Origin: Alphaproteobacteria bacterium
GTDB lineage: Bacteria > Pseudomonadota > Alphaproteobacteria > RF32 > CAG-239
Assembly: GCA_045639065.1 (NCBI GenBank)
Contig: JAZUCK010000001.1
Coordinates: 11,331-75,330 of the forward strand
Length of the DNA: 64,000 nucleotides
Direction of reading: 5' to 3'
The notes beneath the pieces are model-generated. The model had not been told where the DNA came from. It made no database searches and was given only the letters and a program-made list of their open reading frames with translations. Within the stretch, counting starts at the first letter, position 1. Every line of letters begins with the position of its first letter. The translations under genes and the position numbers were made by a program. Positions 1 through 9,793 of this stretch are shown piece after piece.

Positions 1-663
1 GTTGAGCCTGTGGTTGTTGAGCAAAAAGTTGAAGAAGAAACTGTTATTGAAGAAAGACAACAAGAAAGCTCATTGGAAAGCGTATTGAATCATATATCAG
101 AAGATATCAGCGATGATGTTGATGATAGAATAGAAGATGCTGTTGATAATGAGCCTGTTATCCTAAATGAGCCTGTTGAGACATCACAATTTAAGGAAAA
201 TATGTTTGATGATTTTGATAATGTAGAAAAATCTGATGTTATTGCCGATTTGCCTAATTCGACATCTTTGTTTAAGGCTCTTATAAATAAGACAGCAGAA
301 GAAGTTGTTGAAGAGAAAGAGCTTGTTTCTAACCAACAAATTGCCGATGCAATTAACAGTGTTGATAGTCCGTTTGTTCCTAAAACAGCTTTGGTTATGC
401 CAAACAAAGAACCGGAGTTGTTTCCTAATCACAATCCAACACCGGTAATTGCTAAACGAGAGGAAGAAGTGGAAGAATTTATCCCTTCAAATAGTGAGCC
501 AACTCGTCTTAGATTTACAGATTGGTTTACTAATCGTTCTATTGCTAAACGTAATAAACAAAAGCAAGATACAAGAGTTCAAGAACCGGTAACACCGACA
601 TTCTCTGATGATGTTGATGATAAGGTGAATTTGGAAATACCGTCATTCTTGAGAAGAAAATAG
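1..663 (+). CDS. ftsZ: Cell division protein FtsZ, C-terminal part (5' truncated by the window edge)
   Basis: Long acidic low-complexity linker ending in the FtsZ C-terminal peptide LEIPSFLRRK; frame open from base 1. Confidence 0.8.
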   Translation, partial: VEPVVVEQKVEEETVIEERQQESSLESVLNHISEDISDDVDDRIEDAVDNEPVILNEPVETSQFKENMFDDFDNVEKSDVIADLPNSTSLFKALINKTAEEVVEEKELVSNQQIADAINSVDSPFVPKTALVMPNKEPELFPNHNPTPVIAKREEEVEEFIPSNSEPTRLRFTDWFTNRSIAKRNKQKQDTRVQEPVTPTFSDDVDDKVNLEIPSFLRRK

Positions 664-688
664 TGTTGTAAAAGTTTTTATTCACGGG

Positions 689-730
689 AAAAACCGAAGG
701 AGATGAATTTTATAATCCTTCGGTTTTTTT
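689..730. terminator. Intrinsic terminator between convergent ftsZ and hda
   Basis: AAAACCGAAGGA...TCCTTCGGTTTTTTT stem with T-tract. Confidence 0.75.
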
Positions 731-732
731 AA

Positions 733-1464
733 TTAAAATAAATCAAATTGCAAATTAGAGTCGAGAGTTGCTATGGCTTCTTTGGCGATATTGATACTGA
801 TTGCACGTTTTTTTGCTAAGGATATATTATCAATTTCTTCAACTAATTTTCTGACATATGAAAACGAGCGATGAATATTTTTTAGCAGAAAATTTAACAA
901 TTCTTGAGATGGAGTAAGTTGTCTATCCATAAACAGTTTTACTAACAGAGCCATCAGTAGTTCATCGTCGGGAGCTTTTATTTCCAACGATGGTACTATG
1001 TTCATACGTGAACGCAAATCAGGTAAGGAGAAATTTATTCTGGCCGGAGCAACATCGGAGGTAAATAGGATATTTCCGCCTAAATCGCGATAGGTGTTAT
1101 ATAGGTGAAATAAAGCTTCTTGATTTTTGAGTTCATGCAAATCTTCAATAACAATTTGCGGGTTTGTTTCAAACAATGAATGAGCTGTGTCTTTATTGAT
1201 TTGAGAGGCTTTGATGAAAGGTATGCGATAAGGATGAGCTGTTTGTAATGCCACCATTTGTGCAAAAACATTTGCCAGGTGTGTTTTACCGCATCCTGAC
1301 GGGCCGTAAATACAGATTGCAAAATAAGGCCAGTTTGGCCATAAATCAACGGTTGCAACTGCTTCTTGGTTGCATTTGGCAACCATGAAATCTTCTCGAC
1401 CGAGACTTGGTCGGTGAGGAAAATCTAAAGCCAGCTGAGTCATGTTGATATTTTGATTTATCAT
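733..1464 (-). CDS. hda: DnaA regulatory inactivator Hda/HdaA
   Basis: N-terminal clamp-binding motif QLALDF, REDFMV..CN, Walker A GPSGCGKTHL, DLRSR motif. Confidence 0.9.
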   Translation of the reverse strand: MINQNINMTQLALDFPHRPSLGREDFMVAKCNQEAVATVDLWPNWPYFAICIYGPSGCGKTHLANVFAQMVALQTAHPYRIPFIKASQINKDTAHSLFETNPQIVIEDLHELKNQEALFHLYNTYRDLGGNILFTSDVAPARINFSLPDLRSRMNIVPSLEIKAPDDELLMALLVKLFMDRQLTPSQELLNFLLKNIHRSFSYVRKLVEEIDNISLAKKRAISINIAKEAIATLDSNLQFDLF

Positions 1465-1480
1465 GATTACCTTTTGTTGA

Positions 1481-4105
1481 TTAAGCCTTATTTAAGATGT
1501 CAAAAACTTTTGCTGTCAAGTCACCTAAGCTGTATGGCTTAGTAATAAACTCGAATTCATGAGTATTGTCAACTTCTTTACGAGCAATATCTTCAGAATA
1601 TCCAGAAGCCAAGATAACATCTATATTCGGGAGTTTTTCTTTGACGATGTTAGTAAGCTGGGCTCCGCTCATTCCAGGTAGCACCATGTCTGTCAGTAAT
1701 AGGTTAAAGTCACTGTCTTTTTCTATTATTTCGAGAGCGTTTTCAGCCGAATTTGAATCGACTACATCATATCCTTTTTTCTTTAGTGCTCGAACAGCAA
1801 AAGCTCTAACGGAATCTTCATCTTCGACAAACAAAATTCGTGCCGGGCGAGATCCTTTATCAACTGCGGAACTGCTTCTGTCAATAGTGTTAGAGATATT
1901 TAAGCCCATAATTATCTTTTGATTGATATTATTCGGAGTTGAGAATGTTTCTTCAACCTTTAGGATTGTATGTCCTGATTTGTCAGTTATAACCGGTGAC
2001 GCAATGTTGGTATTTTCTTCTTCGGGACCGGTTTCAAAGCGAGGTAAATAAATTGAAAAAATTGTTCCTTTGCCAACCTCGGAGGAAACTTTGATAAATC
2101 CTTCGGTTTGGCGTACAATACCATATACCATGGCTAAACCTAATCCGGTACCTGATCCTACAATGTTTTCTTTGGTTGAGAAGAACGGATCAAATATTCT
2201 TTCTATAATTTCTTTAGGTATTCCGCAACCGGTATCTTCGACATCGATAACAACAAAATCTCCAGGCATAACGACATCATCACCAAAGGTATATTTTTCA
2301 ACTAATTTATATGTTGAAGTTGAAATAGTAAGGTTACCTGTTCCTGACATAGCATCTTTAGCATTAACAGCTAAGTTTATGATTACTTGAGAAAATTGTG
2401 TCGGGTCGACTTTTATATAGCCTAAATCGCTACCATGTTTTATTGATAGCTTAATTTTTTCACCCAAGATTCTTTTTAACATTTGACTGAGGTCTGCAAA
2501 GGCATCAGGAACATCAATAAGTTTCGGTAGTAAAGGTTGTTTACGTGAAAAGGCCAATAACTGACGAACTAAAGAAGTTGCTCTGTTTGCATTTTGCTTA
2601 ATTTGAATAAGGTCAGCGAATGAAGGATCGCCAACACCATGCCTTTGAAGCAATAAATCAGTAAAGCCTATCATTGCGGTCAAAAGATTGTTAAAGTCAT
2701 GGGCTACACCACCTGCAAGTTGTCCGACTGCTTGCATTTTTTGTGCCTGAGTAAATTGAGCTTCTAAACTTTTTTGTTTTGTAACATCAATTGCATATAT
2801 AATGTACTTATGCTCGTTTGTTTTATCATTTTGATGTAGGTGGTGCAGTTCATTTATATACAAATTTAGAGTCGTATCGTTGGTTTTAAGCTCGGTTGTA
2901 ATTGATTTGTGTGTGTTGGTAGCTTTATCCAAGGCATTTTGTAATATAGAGGTTTCTTCTGCGGATAGTTTTCCGTATAAGTCAATTGAACCTGAATTAA
3001 GGTTAAACAGTTCGGAAGCTTTAGGGTTGGCCTTTTTTATAATGCCTGAACGGTTGATAAATAATATACCAATGGGCGAATTATTAAAGAACCAGTTTAT
3101 ATCATCTAAGGATTTATTAACTTGCTGTTGTAGTTCTTCAGGGGTTGGAAGCTGATGAATGACTGCACCGCGAAGCATTATTTTTTCTTTTTCTCTATAT
3201 GAGTTTTGAAAAACAAAAGTTTCGGCGGTTTCACCGGAATGTTTAGTAAACAAGAGCTGTCCGCTCCATAAATCTCTATTTGTAGGAACAGATGAATCCG
3301 AAGATAAGAAATTACGTAATGAAGTTCCGATAAGTTGATGTGGTTTTAAGCCCAAAAAATCAGCCATATTATGATTTACATAATTTATGGTATAATCGGT
3401 GTCTATAGTGTATAAGCCGATAGGAAGGTAATCTAAGAAATTATGTAAAGATGTACTTTCTTCTTTGAATACATAATCCATATTTTGTTTGGCTGTGATA
3501 TTATTTATGGTCCAATAAAAATAAGTTTCTTTCTTGATTCGTTTTATAGAAAAAGCTCCATCAAAAATATTTGGTTTTTTTAAGTATATCGGACGAACCG
3601 AAATTTCAAAGTATTCTAGGTCATTAAATATTAAATTACTGTTTTGCTTTAGCAAAAGCGATAAGGTCACTTTTTCGGAACTTAAGTTTTTTACTGCAGT
3701 TTGTAATCTATAGAAAGCTGCTTTTGTTGAAGAGCCTTGAGTTAAGTATTTTTCTAAAAATTTAAGTACATTTTCGTTTTTGAAAAAGTCTTTTGCAGGT
3801 GCATTTTCAATTATGGTTTCAAAATTTGAGTTTTCGATACGACGCATTTTAAAATCATTTTTGATTATTTCGTTGGCAAATCCGCCGTAGCTGATGGCTG
3901 TTTCTCCCGCATATAAAGTTTTTATAGCTGTAGTCAAGCAGTAAATTGTTGTAAGCGATGTTATAATTGTTGAATAGAGAATATGGGCTCTGTCTAAGAA
4001 AAACCATAGCAAGCAAAGCGTTAATATTATTAAAGAAAAGGCTAATTTGAGTAATGCTTTTTCTAAAGTTTTATCAGGTCTATTGTTGTTTGAGTTGCAT
4101 AACAT
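1481..4105 (-). CDS. cckA: CckA-like hybrid sensor histidine kinase (TM, PAS, HisKA, HATPase, receiver)
   Basis: QAQKMQAVGQLAGGVAHDFNNLLTA H-box, INLAVNAKDAM N-box, GTGLGLAMVYGIV G2 box, C-terminal REC domain; directly downstream of flhB as in many alphaproteobacteria. Confidence 0.9.
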   Translation of the reverse strand: MLCNSNNNRPDKTLEKALLKLAFSLIILTLCLLWFFLDRAHILYSTIITSLTTIYCLTTAIKTLYAGETAISYGGFANEIIKNDFKMRRIENSNFETIIENAPAKDFFKNENVLKFLEKYLTQGSSTKAAFYRLQTAVKNLSSEKVTLSLLLKQNSNLIFNDLEYFEISVRPIYLKKPNIFDGAFSIKRIKKETYFYWTINNITAKQNMDYVFKEESTSLHNFLDYLPIGLYTIDTDYTINYVNHNMADFLGLKPHQLIGTSLRNFLSSDSSVPTNRDLWSGQLLFTKHSGETAETFVFQNSYREKEKIMLRGAVIHQLPTPEELQQQVNKSLDDINWFFNNSPIGILFINRSGIIKKANPKASELFNLNSGSIDLYGKLSAEETSILQNALDKATNTHKSITTELKTNDTTLNLYINELHHLHQNDKTNEHKYIIYAIDVTKQKSLEAQFTQAQKMQAVGQLAGGVAHDFNNLLTAMIGFTDLLLQRHGVGDPSFADLIQIKQNANRATSLVRQLLAFSRKQPLLPKLIDVPDAFADLSQMLKRILGEKIKLSIKHGSDLGYIKVDPTQFSQVIINLAVNAKDAMSGTGNLTISTSTYKLVEKYTFGDDVVMPGDFVVIDVEDTGCGIPKEIIERIFDPFFSTKENIVGSGTGLGLAMVYGIVRQTEGFIKVSSEVGKGTIFSIYLPRFETGPEEENTNIASPVITDKSGHTILKVEETFSTPNNINQKIIMGLNISNTIDRSSSAVDKGSRPARILFVEDEDSVRAFAVRALKKKGYDVVDSNSAENALEIIEKDSDFNLLLTDMVLPGMSGAQLTNIVKEKLPNIDVILASGYSEDIARKEVDNTHEFEFITKPYSLGDLTAKVFDILNKA

Positions 4106-5150
4106 ATCTAATAACCTCGGCTACAGCGTGGAAATGTTCAACAGGTATTTCTTGATCAAGCTCGGTTGATGCAAACAAGGCACGGGCAAGCGGCGGATTT
4201 TCTACGATAGGAATATCGTTGTCTTCAGCCACGGCTTTGATGCGTAAGGCAACAGTATCCACACCTTTTGCCGTTACTTTTGGTGCCGGCATTGTTTCCA
4301 TCTTATATTCTAATGCTACAGCATAATGGGTCGGGTTGACAATAACAACATCTGACTTGGGGACATTTTCCATCATGCGTTGACGAGCTCTATCCATACG
4401 TATTTGTTTTATCTTTGATTTTACTAAAGGATCACCTTCCATTTGCTTATATTCTTCTTTGACTTCTTGTTTGGTCATACGAAGTTTTAGCAAGTGAGAA
4501 TATTTTTGCCAAAAATAGTCGCCTGCCGCAATAACTAATACAGCCATGGTAACGGTAAATAACAGCAAAATAACTATGTCGTGGATAAAGACTAAGATTG
4601 CAAAGGTATCCATTGTAGGTAATAGTTCGCTTTTGGTAATATATGGGCGTAGTACAACGTATGCTAAAATACTTACTACTGTTATTTTTATTATTCCTTT
4701 TATGCTTTCTACGATTTTTTGCTTGTTTATAAATTTGGGAATAGCTGCAAATATATTTAATTTATTCCAATTCGGTTCGAGTTTTTTGGGAGCATAGATA
4801 AATCCTGTTTGGCTTAGGGAAGCAAATATACCTAATATTATAAATATTAGGAAGGGAATTCCCATTACTTTGAAAAATCCGAAGAAGGCTTGTTTTAATA
4901 ATATAATAAAACCGGCAACATCAACATTGGTTGAGGCTGAGCGAGCTATAAAAGATGAACCTATAGTTTTAAGCCATACAAACATTATGGGAATAAATAG
5001 CCACACAACAAAAAGAGTGCCGACAAGCATAATAAAACTTTTGGCATCTTGCGATATGGCAACGTCGCCTTCTTCTTTGGCTTTGGATATTTTTCGTTCG
5101 GAAGGTTCTTCGGTTTTGGACGCTTCGTCTTCTTCTTCGGGGGCTACCAT
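4080..5150 (-). CDS. flhB: Flagellar export apparatus protein FlhB
   Basis: KTEEPSERK N-terminus, KEEYKQMEGDP, NPTH autocleavage motif, ENPPLARAL. Confidence 0.97.
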   Translation of the reverse strand: MVAPEEEDEASKTEEPSERKISKAKEEGDVAISQDAKSFIMLVGTLFVVWLFIPIMFVWLKTIGSSFIARSASTNVDVAGFIILLKQAFFGFFKVMGIPFLIFIILGIFASLSQTGFIYAPKKLEPNWNKLNIFAAIPKFINKQKIVESIKGIIKITVVSILAYVVLRPYITKSELLPTMDTFAILVFIHDIVILLLFTVTMAVLVIAAGDYFWQKYSHLLKLRMTKQEVKEEYKQMEGDPLVKSKIKQIRMDRARQRMMENVPKSDVVIVNPTHYAVALEYKMETMPAPKVTAKGVDTVALRIKAVAEDNDIPIVENPPLARALFASTELDQEIPVEHFHAVAEVIRYVMQLKQQ

Positions 5151-5166
5151 GTCAAAGCATCCTTAT

Positions 5167-5922
5167 TTAATGAGTGAACAGATAAAGCCCTTCGTCAAAG
5201 TATCCTAAAAATACGGATACAATAATCGGGGCGGTTACAAACAATAATCCAATTCCCAAATATATTTGTAAGGGTAAGGATAAAAAGAAAATATTTAATT
5301 GGGGCATCAAGCGCGATACCAGACCGATTGATGTGTAAAATATTATGGTAAAAGCTATAAACGGTGAGCCTAGCTTAAATCCAAAAGTAAATGATTTGGT
5401 CATTGTATCGGTCATATGTGAGGCAAAATCGTTCCATGGGATAGGTTGTCCCGGAACAAATAAATAATAGCTGTCTATAATTGCTTCAAGCATTATGTGA
5501 TGTATATCCATTATAAATACAAGTGTTATGGCGATAATGCTTAAGAATGATTCGATGAGCATTGTTTGATTTTGGAATGTCGGATCAAAAATTTGAGCAT
5601 TGGCAAAGCCGATAGCTTGTGAAGCAATAGAACCGGCTAAGTTTAGAGCGAAGAACAAAAATTGCATTATCATACCTAAAAATATGCCAATGCTTATTTC
5701 ATTTAATATATACTGCACCATAATACTGAAATTTTTCGGTTCTTCGGGAAGCATTGGTGTTATTAAAGGCATTGACACCAATGATACAGCCAAAGCAAAA
5801 ATCAGACGTATTTGTACATTGACATAAGATGCCGAGAATCCGGGTGTCAGCATAAAAATAGTACCCATGCGTAGAAATATCATAAGGTAGGCATATACTG
5901 ATATGTTAAATAATTCCGTCAT
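5167..5922 (-). CDS. fliR: Flagellar export protein FliR
   Basis: Multi-TM protein with IGLVSRLMPQLNIFFLSLPLQI; between fliQ and flhB. Confidence 0.95.
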   Translation of the reverse strand: MTELFNISVYAYLMIFLRMGTIFMLTPGFSASYVNVQIRLIFALAVSLVSMPLITPMLPEEPKNFSIMVQYILNEISIGIFLGMIMQFLFFALNLAGSIASQAIGFANAQIFDPTFQNQTMLIESFLSIIAITLVFIMDIHHIMLEAIIDSYYLFVPGQPIPWNDFASHMTDTMTKSFTFGFKLGSPFIAFTIIFYTSIGLVSRLMPQLNIFFLSLPLQIYLGIGLLFVTAPIIVSVFLGYFDEGLYLFTH

Positions 5923-5929
5923 CTAAATT

Positions 5930-6193
5930 TTATCCACCGGCAATTTTTGAAAAAAGTGAATCTGATAGGGTTTGCATTTGATTATACATAAACGGAAACA
6001 AAACCACTAAAGCTAAAAATACACAAAGAATTTTAGGTACAAATGCCAATGTCATTTCTTGAATTTGAGTCAATGCTTGGAATATACCGATAATAAGACC
6101 GACGGCCAAGGCAATACATACAATCGGGGATACTATTTTTAACAAAGTAAAAATAGCATCTCGTGTTAATTCAAAAATTTCAGCTTCAGTCAT
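5930..6193 (-). CDS. fliQ: Flagellar export protein FliQ
   Basis: GIFQALTQIQEMTLAFVPK signature. Confidence 0.96.
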   Translation of the reverse strand: MTEAEIFELTRDAIFTLLKIVSPIVCIALAVGLIIGIFQALTQIQEMTLAFVPKILCVFLALVVLFPFMYNQMQTLSDSLFSKIAGG

Positions 6194-6199
6194 TTTTCT

Positions 6200-7309
6200 T
6201 TACTCTAGCGGGGTTTGACGTTCAAAATATTTATAATTTTCGATGCCTGTGAAAAATACACCATCGAATCCTTCGCCTAAAATATCTTTAAAGTGGCGGG
6301 ACATTATTTGCTTCCACTCAGGATTCCAATATTGAGTGATAATTCCATCTTTGTTATCAAAGGATTTACGTATAAGCCACTTGGGTGAGCCTATTTTCCA
6401 GTCTTTATGCCAATAATAATTATCAGGAAAGGCTTCGGATACATTAAATTCGGCAATAAGCAGTCTTTTAGAGCCATTCTTTTTGAAATGAAGTTTTTGT
6501 AAATCTTTATTGTCATAACGATATATATTATTAAACAATGGCTTTATAACAATAATGTCATAGTTGGTTTGTAATAAAGTATTTACAAAGTCTTCTTTGC
6601 TTTTGAATTTAGATGTGTCATTTATAATCAAGATATTTTGAGCATCGGAAACTTTGAAAACATTTTGAGCTGAATCGTTGATGTTTATATGGTCATCAAT
6701 ATTGTTGAAGGCATTGTTAATATCAACAAAAAAGTATGATGCTTTTTTTTCTAAAGATGAGTTTATGCGAGCCATTTCCATGGTTTCGTTGTCCGGACAT
6801 TGTTCAATTGTTATAAGACTTAGATTGTGATTTTTTGCAACCTTATTTTCATGGCCTTTTCCGCAATACAGATTATTTACGGCAACTGCATCAACAATAT
6901 TTAAGTAATCATATTCCGGTGTGTAGCGAGAAGGTTCTTGTTCTTCAAAGTTTTTATGAAAAAGGAACGAATCGTCTTGAGCATTTTCTTGAATTCTGGC
7001 GCGGTTATATCCTTCTCTATCGTATTCCCATAGGCTTTTGGTTAGAAGGTCTTGACCTTCGTGGGTAATTACTTGAAAGTCAGCATTTTGTTGTTTGGCA
7101 TATTGTATAAGCATTAGAAGATTTGCGCGCATTTTGGCACGATAGTTATCAATTTTTTGAGGAACTTTACTTAGTTGCAAAATGCGTTCTTCCTTGGTGT
7201 ATGGATTATAGTGGGTAAAACCATATAAACCCGCATCAGCCTTAGTTGTAAAGGCTGATGTAAGAATGATGGTTAAAGCCAATATTTTTATAGATCTAAG
7301 TAACAACAT
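6200..7309 (-). CDS. Exported GH114 / MJ1477-TM1410-like (endo-alpha-1,4-polygalactosaminidase-like) protein
   Basis: Signal peptide; YDIIVI, YYW..W, YWNPEWKQI and GFDGVF segments typical of the family. Confidence 0.6.
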   Translation of the reverse strand: MLLLRSIKILALTIILTSAFTTKADAGLYGFTHYNPYTKEERILQLSKVPQKIDNYRAKMRANLLMLIQYAKQQNADFQVITHEGQDLLTKSLWEYDREGYNRARIQENAQDDSFLFHKNFEEQEPSRYTPEYDYLNIVDAVAVNNLYCGKGHENKVAKNHNLSLITIEQCPDNETMEMARINSSLEKKASYFFVDINNAFNNIDDHININDSAQNVFKVSDAQNILIINDTSKFKSKEDFVNTLLQTNYDIIVIKPLFNNIYRYDNKDLQKLHFKKNGSKRLLIAEFNVSEAFPDNYYWHKDWKIGSPKWLIRKSFDNKDGIITQYWNPEWKQIMSRHFKDILGEGFDGVFFTGIENYKYFERQTPLE

Positions 7310-8915
7310 CAGCTTGTGTTTTTCCTGTTCTTTGAGGTATTTCTGCTACGGTTAATGCTATTTTAGCTAAAGGCGAAACCATATCAAGAGGATTTTGTAA
7401 GATATCATCTTTAGAAAATCTTTCTAAGTATACTCTTATGGTTGCTCCTGATGAGCCGGTACCCGAAAGGCGATATACAATTCGAGAACCATCTTCAAAG
7501 TATATTACAAGTCCGTTTTTGGTAGATGAGTTGTCAACTGGATCATTATAAACAAATGGCTTTGCTTCTTTTATCTTGAAACCATCAAATTCTTTATCAG
7601 TCAGAGAAGGCAATTTGTTTTCTAAATCAGCCATCAATTTGTCGGCAACTGCTGTGTCAACACCTTCAAAGTCAAAGCGAATGTAATAGCTTCGACCATA
7701 TTTTTTCCAGTGTTCAACAGTTATTTCTTCAACAGTTTTATTGGTGTTGGCTAAAATGTTGAGCCAGAATAATACGGCCCAAATTCCGTCTTTTTCTCTG
7801 ATATGTGATGAACCGGTACCAAAACTTTCTTCTCCACAGAAGGTAATGCGATTAGAATCCATAAGATTTACAAAGTATTTCCAACCTGTCGGAACTTCAT
7901 AATATCCGATATTGTGTTCTTTGGCTACTCTGGCAACTGCGGTTGAAGTGGCTGCTGATTTGGCTACACCAAAAATACCTGACTTATAGTATGGTATTTG
8001 TTTGTAATTGTCGGTAAGAATTGCCAGACTGTCATTTGGGGTAACAAAAAATCCTTTACCTAAAATCATATTTCTATCGCCATCGCCGTCATTGGCTGCA
8101 CCAAAGTCAGCGGCTTTGTCAGAGAACATAAAATCAACCAATTCCTTAGCATAAACTAAATTCGGGTCAGGGTGAAGTCCGCCAAAGTCTTGTTTGGGAA
8201 TAGCATTGACAACAGAACCTTTTTTAGCACCTAAGATATTTTCGAATATTTCGATGGCATAGGGTCCTGTTACGGCGTTCATGGCGTCAAAGCGCATGGT
8301 GAATCCGTTAGCAAACATTTGTTTGATAGCGGTAAAGTCAAAAATATTTTGCATCATTTCGACATAGTCTTTTACCGGATCAATAACTTCGATTTGCATA
8401 CCGCAATATTCGGTAGAGCCGAGTTTTGAAATATCTACGTCATCGCCAAGGCAAATTTTGTATTCGCTAATGCTTGTAGTTTGTTTATAAATTGCATCGG
8501 TAACCGAACTTGGAACTTGACCGCCGGTTTCGTTAGAATATTTTAAGCCAAAATCACCGTTTTCACCACCAGGGTTGTGTGATGCCGACAAAATTAAGCC
8601 ACCGTTCAGTTTATTTTTTCTGATTACTACCGAACCGGCCGGAGTTGAAATAAATCCATTTTGACCGATAAGAAGTTTTTTGACACCATTTGCGGCAGCA
8701 ATTTTAATAATTTTTTGAATCGCAATATCGTTATAGAAACGACCGTCGCCACCGACAAGAAATGTTTTTTCCGATAAATTGCCGATTACATTAAAAATAC
8801 TTTGAACAAAGTTTTCAATGTAGTTTTCTTGAAGCACTACTTTAGATTTTTTGCGTAAGCCTGCCGTTCCCATTTTTTGATCAGTGTATGGGGTGGTTTT
8901 TATGGTTGTAATCAT
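7296..8915 (-). CDS. pgm: Phosphoglucomutase
   Basis: GTAGLRKK, SASHNPGG catalytic Ser loop, DGDGDR metal loop, GEESFGTG. Confidence 0.96.
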   Translation of the reverse strand: MITTIKTTPYTDQKMGTAGLRKKSKVVLQENYIENFVQSIFNVIGNLSEKTFLVGGDGRFYNDIAIQKIIKIAAANGVKKLLIGQNGFISTPAGSVVIRKNKLNGGLILSASHNPGGENGDFGLKYSNETGGQVPSSVTDAIYKQTTSISEYKICLGDDVDISKLGSTEYCGMQIEVIDPVKDYVEMMQNIFDFTAIKQMFANGFTMRFDAMNAVTGPYAIEIFENILGAKKGSVVNAIPKQDFGGLHPDPNLVYAKELVDFMFSDKAADFGAANDGDGDRNMILGKGFFVTPNDSLAILTDNYKQIPYYKSGIFGVAKSAATSTAVARVAKEHNIGYYEVPTGWKYFVNLMDSNRITFCGEESFGTGSSHIREKDGIWAVLFWLNILANTNKTVEEITVEHWKKYGRSYYIRFDFEGVDTAVADKLMADLENKLPSLTDKEFDGFKIKEAKPFVYNDPVDNSSTKNGLVIYFEDGSRIVYRLSGTGSSGATIRVYLERFSKDDILQNPLDMVSPLAKIALTVAEIPQRTGKTQADVVT

Positions 8916-9004
8916 GATTTCTCCTTAAATGAAACTTACATATAGCAATAAATTATCATTTATAGAGCTAAAAACAAGATTTATAACAAAGTTATCAGCA
9001 TACT

Positions 9005-9793
9005 TTAAGGAAAAATGAACTCGGCTAAAGAATTGAGTTCCATTTTTGCTGCTAAGTGAGAAACACTCATGCGACGATGAAGTTTGGGGGAGTTCATATC
9101 AAGTATTGTTAAACCGTCCAAAAACAATTCTTTATAGATAACCCTGTCTTTTAGACCAGGGGTAAATCTGAAGCCATAAAGCTTAGCGAGGCTTTCAAGC
9201 TTTGCAAAAACAAAGTCCTTGTTTTTTGAACGTAAGGTCGATGTCTTGTTACTGCAAACCACCCAATTCAGATAAGGAAGTTCTTTGGCTGCGAGTTTCT
9301 TTTTGGTTTCCCATACAAATTCGGCATAGTGACCGGCTTTTAGAATTTCGCCGTTTTCAGGATTTATATCAGCAATAGCCGACAAATCTACAAGACTGTC
9401 ACCGATTGGGGTAATAAGAGTATGTAAAAATTTGTGAGCGAGTTCAAACAGATAGTTTCTGCTTCCGGGAGTGTCGATAATGATGGCGTCGAATCGTGTT
9501 GAAAGCTCGTCAATAAGATCCTCAATTTCTTTTTTGTTGGTTTCCTTGGCAACGGGTTCGAAGATGTAGTGCACGGGAGAAGGCAGGTTGATTTTGTTCT
9601 TAGTACAGAATCTGCGTCTGTTTTCGATATATTTGGATAATGATCCTTGGTGTCCGTCAAGATCAATTACAGCAACCTTAAAGTTTTCATATAGTAATTT
9701 TGTTGCTAGGTGCATTGACAAAGTTGATTTTCCGGTTCCGCCTTTTTCGTTGGCTACTACGATAATATGTGCTTTTGATGATAAAATACTCAT
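9005..9793 (-). CDS. mipZ: Division plane positioning ATPase MipZ
   Basis: IIVVANEKGGTGKST, DLDGHQGSL, DTPGS, DRVIYKELFLDGLT. Confidence 0.88.
   Translation of the reverse strand: MSILSSKAHIIVVANEKGGTGKSTLSMHLATKLLYENFKVAVIDLDGHQGSLSKYIENRRRFCTKNKINLPSPVHYIFEPVAKETNKKEIEDLIDELSTRFDAIIIDTPGSRNYLFELAHKFLHTLITPIGDSLVDLSAIADINPENGEILKAGHYAEFVWETKKKLAAKELPYLNWVVCSNKTSTLRSKNKDFVFAKLESLAKLYGFRFTPGLKDRVIYKELFLDGLTILDMNSPKLHRRMSVSHLAAKMELNSLAEFIFP

Noticed and set aside
1-663. Unusually long acidic FtsZ linker
   Set aside because: Long C-terminal linkers are normal for alphaproteobacterial FtsZ.
1481-6193. fliQ-fliR-flhB-cckA linkage as a novelty
   Set aside because: This synteny is already known in alphaproteobacteria.
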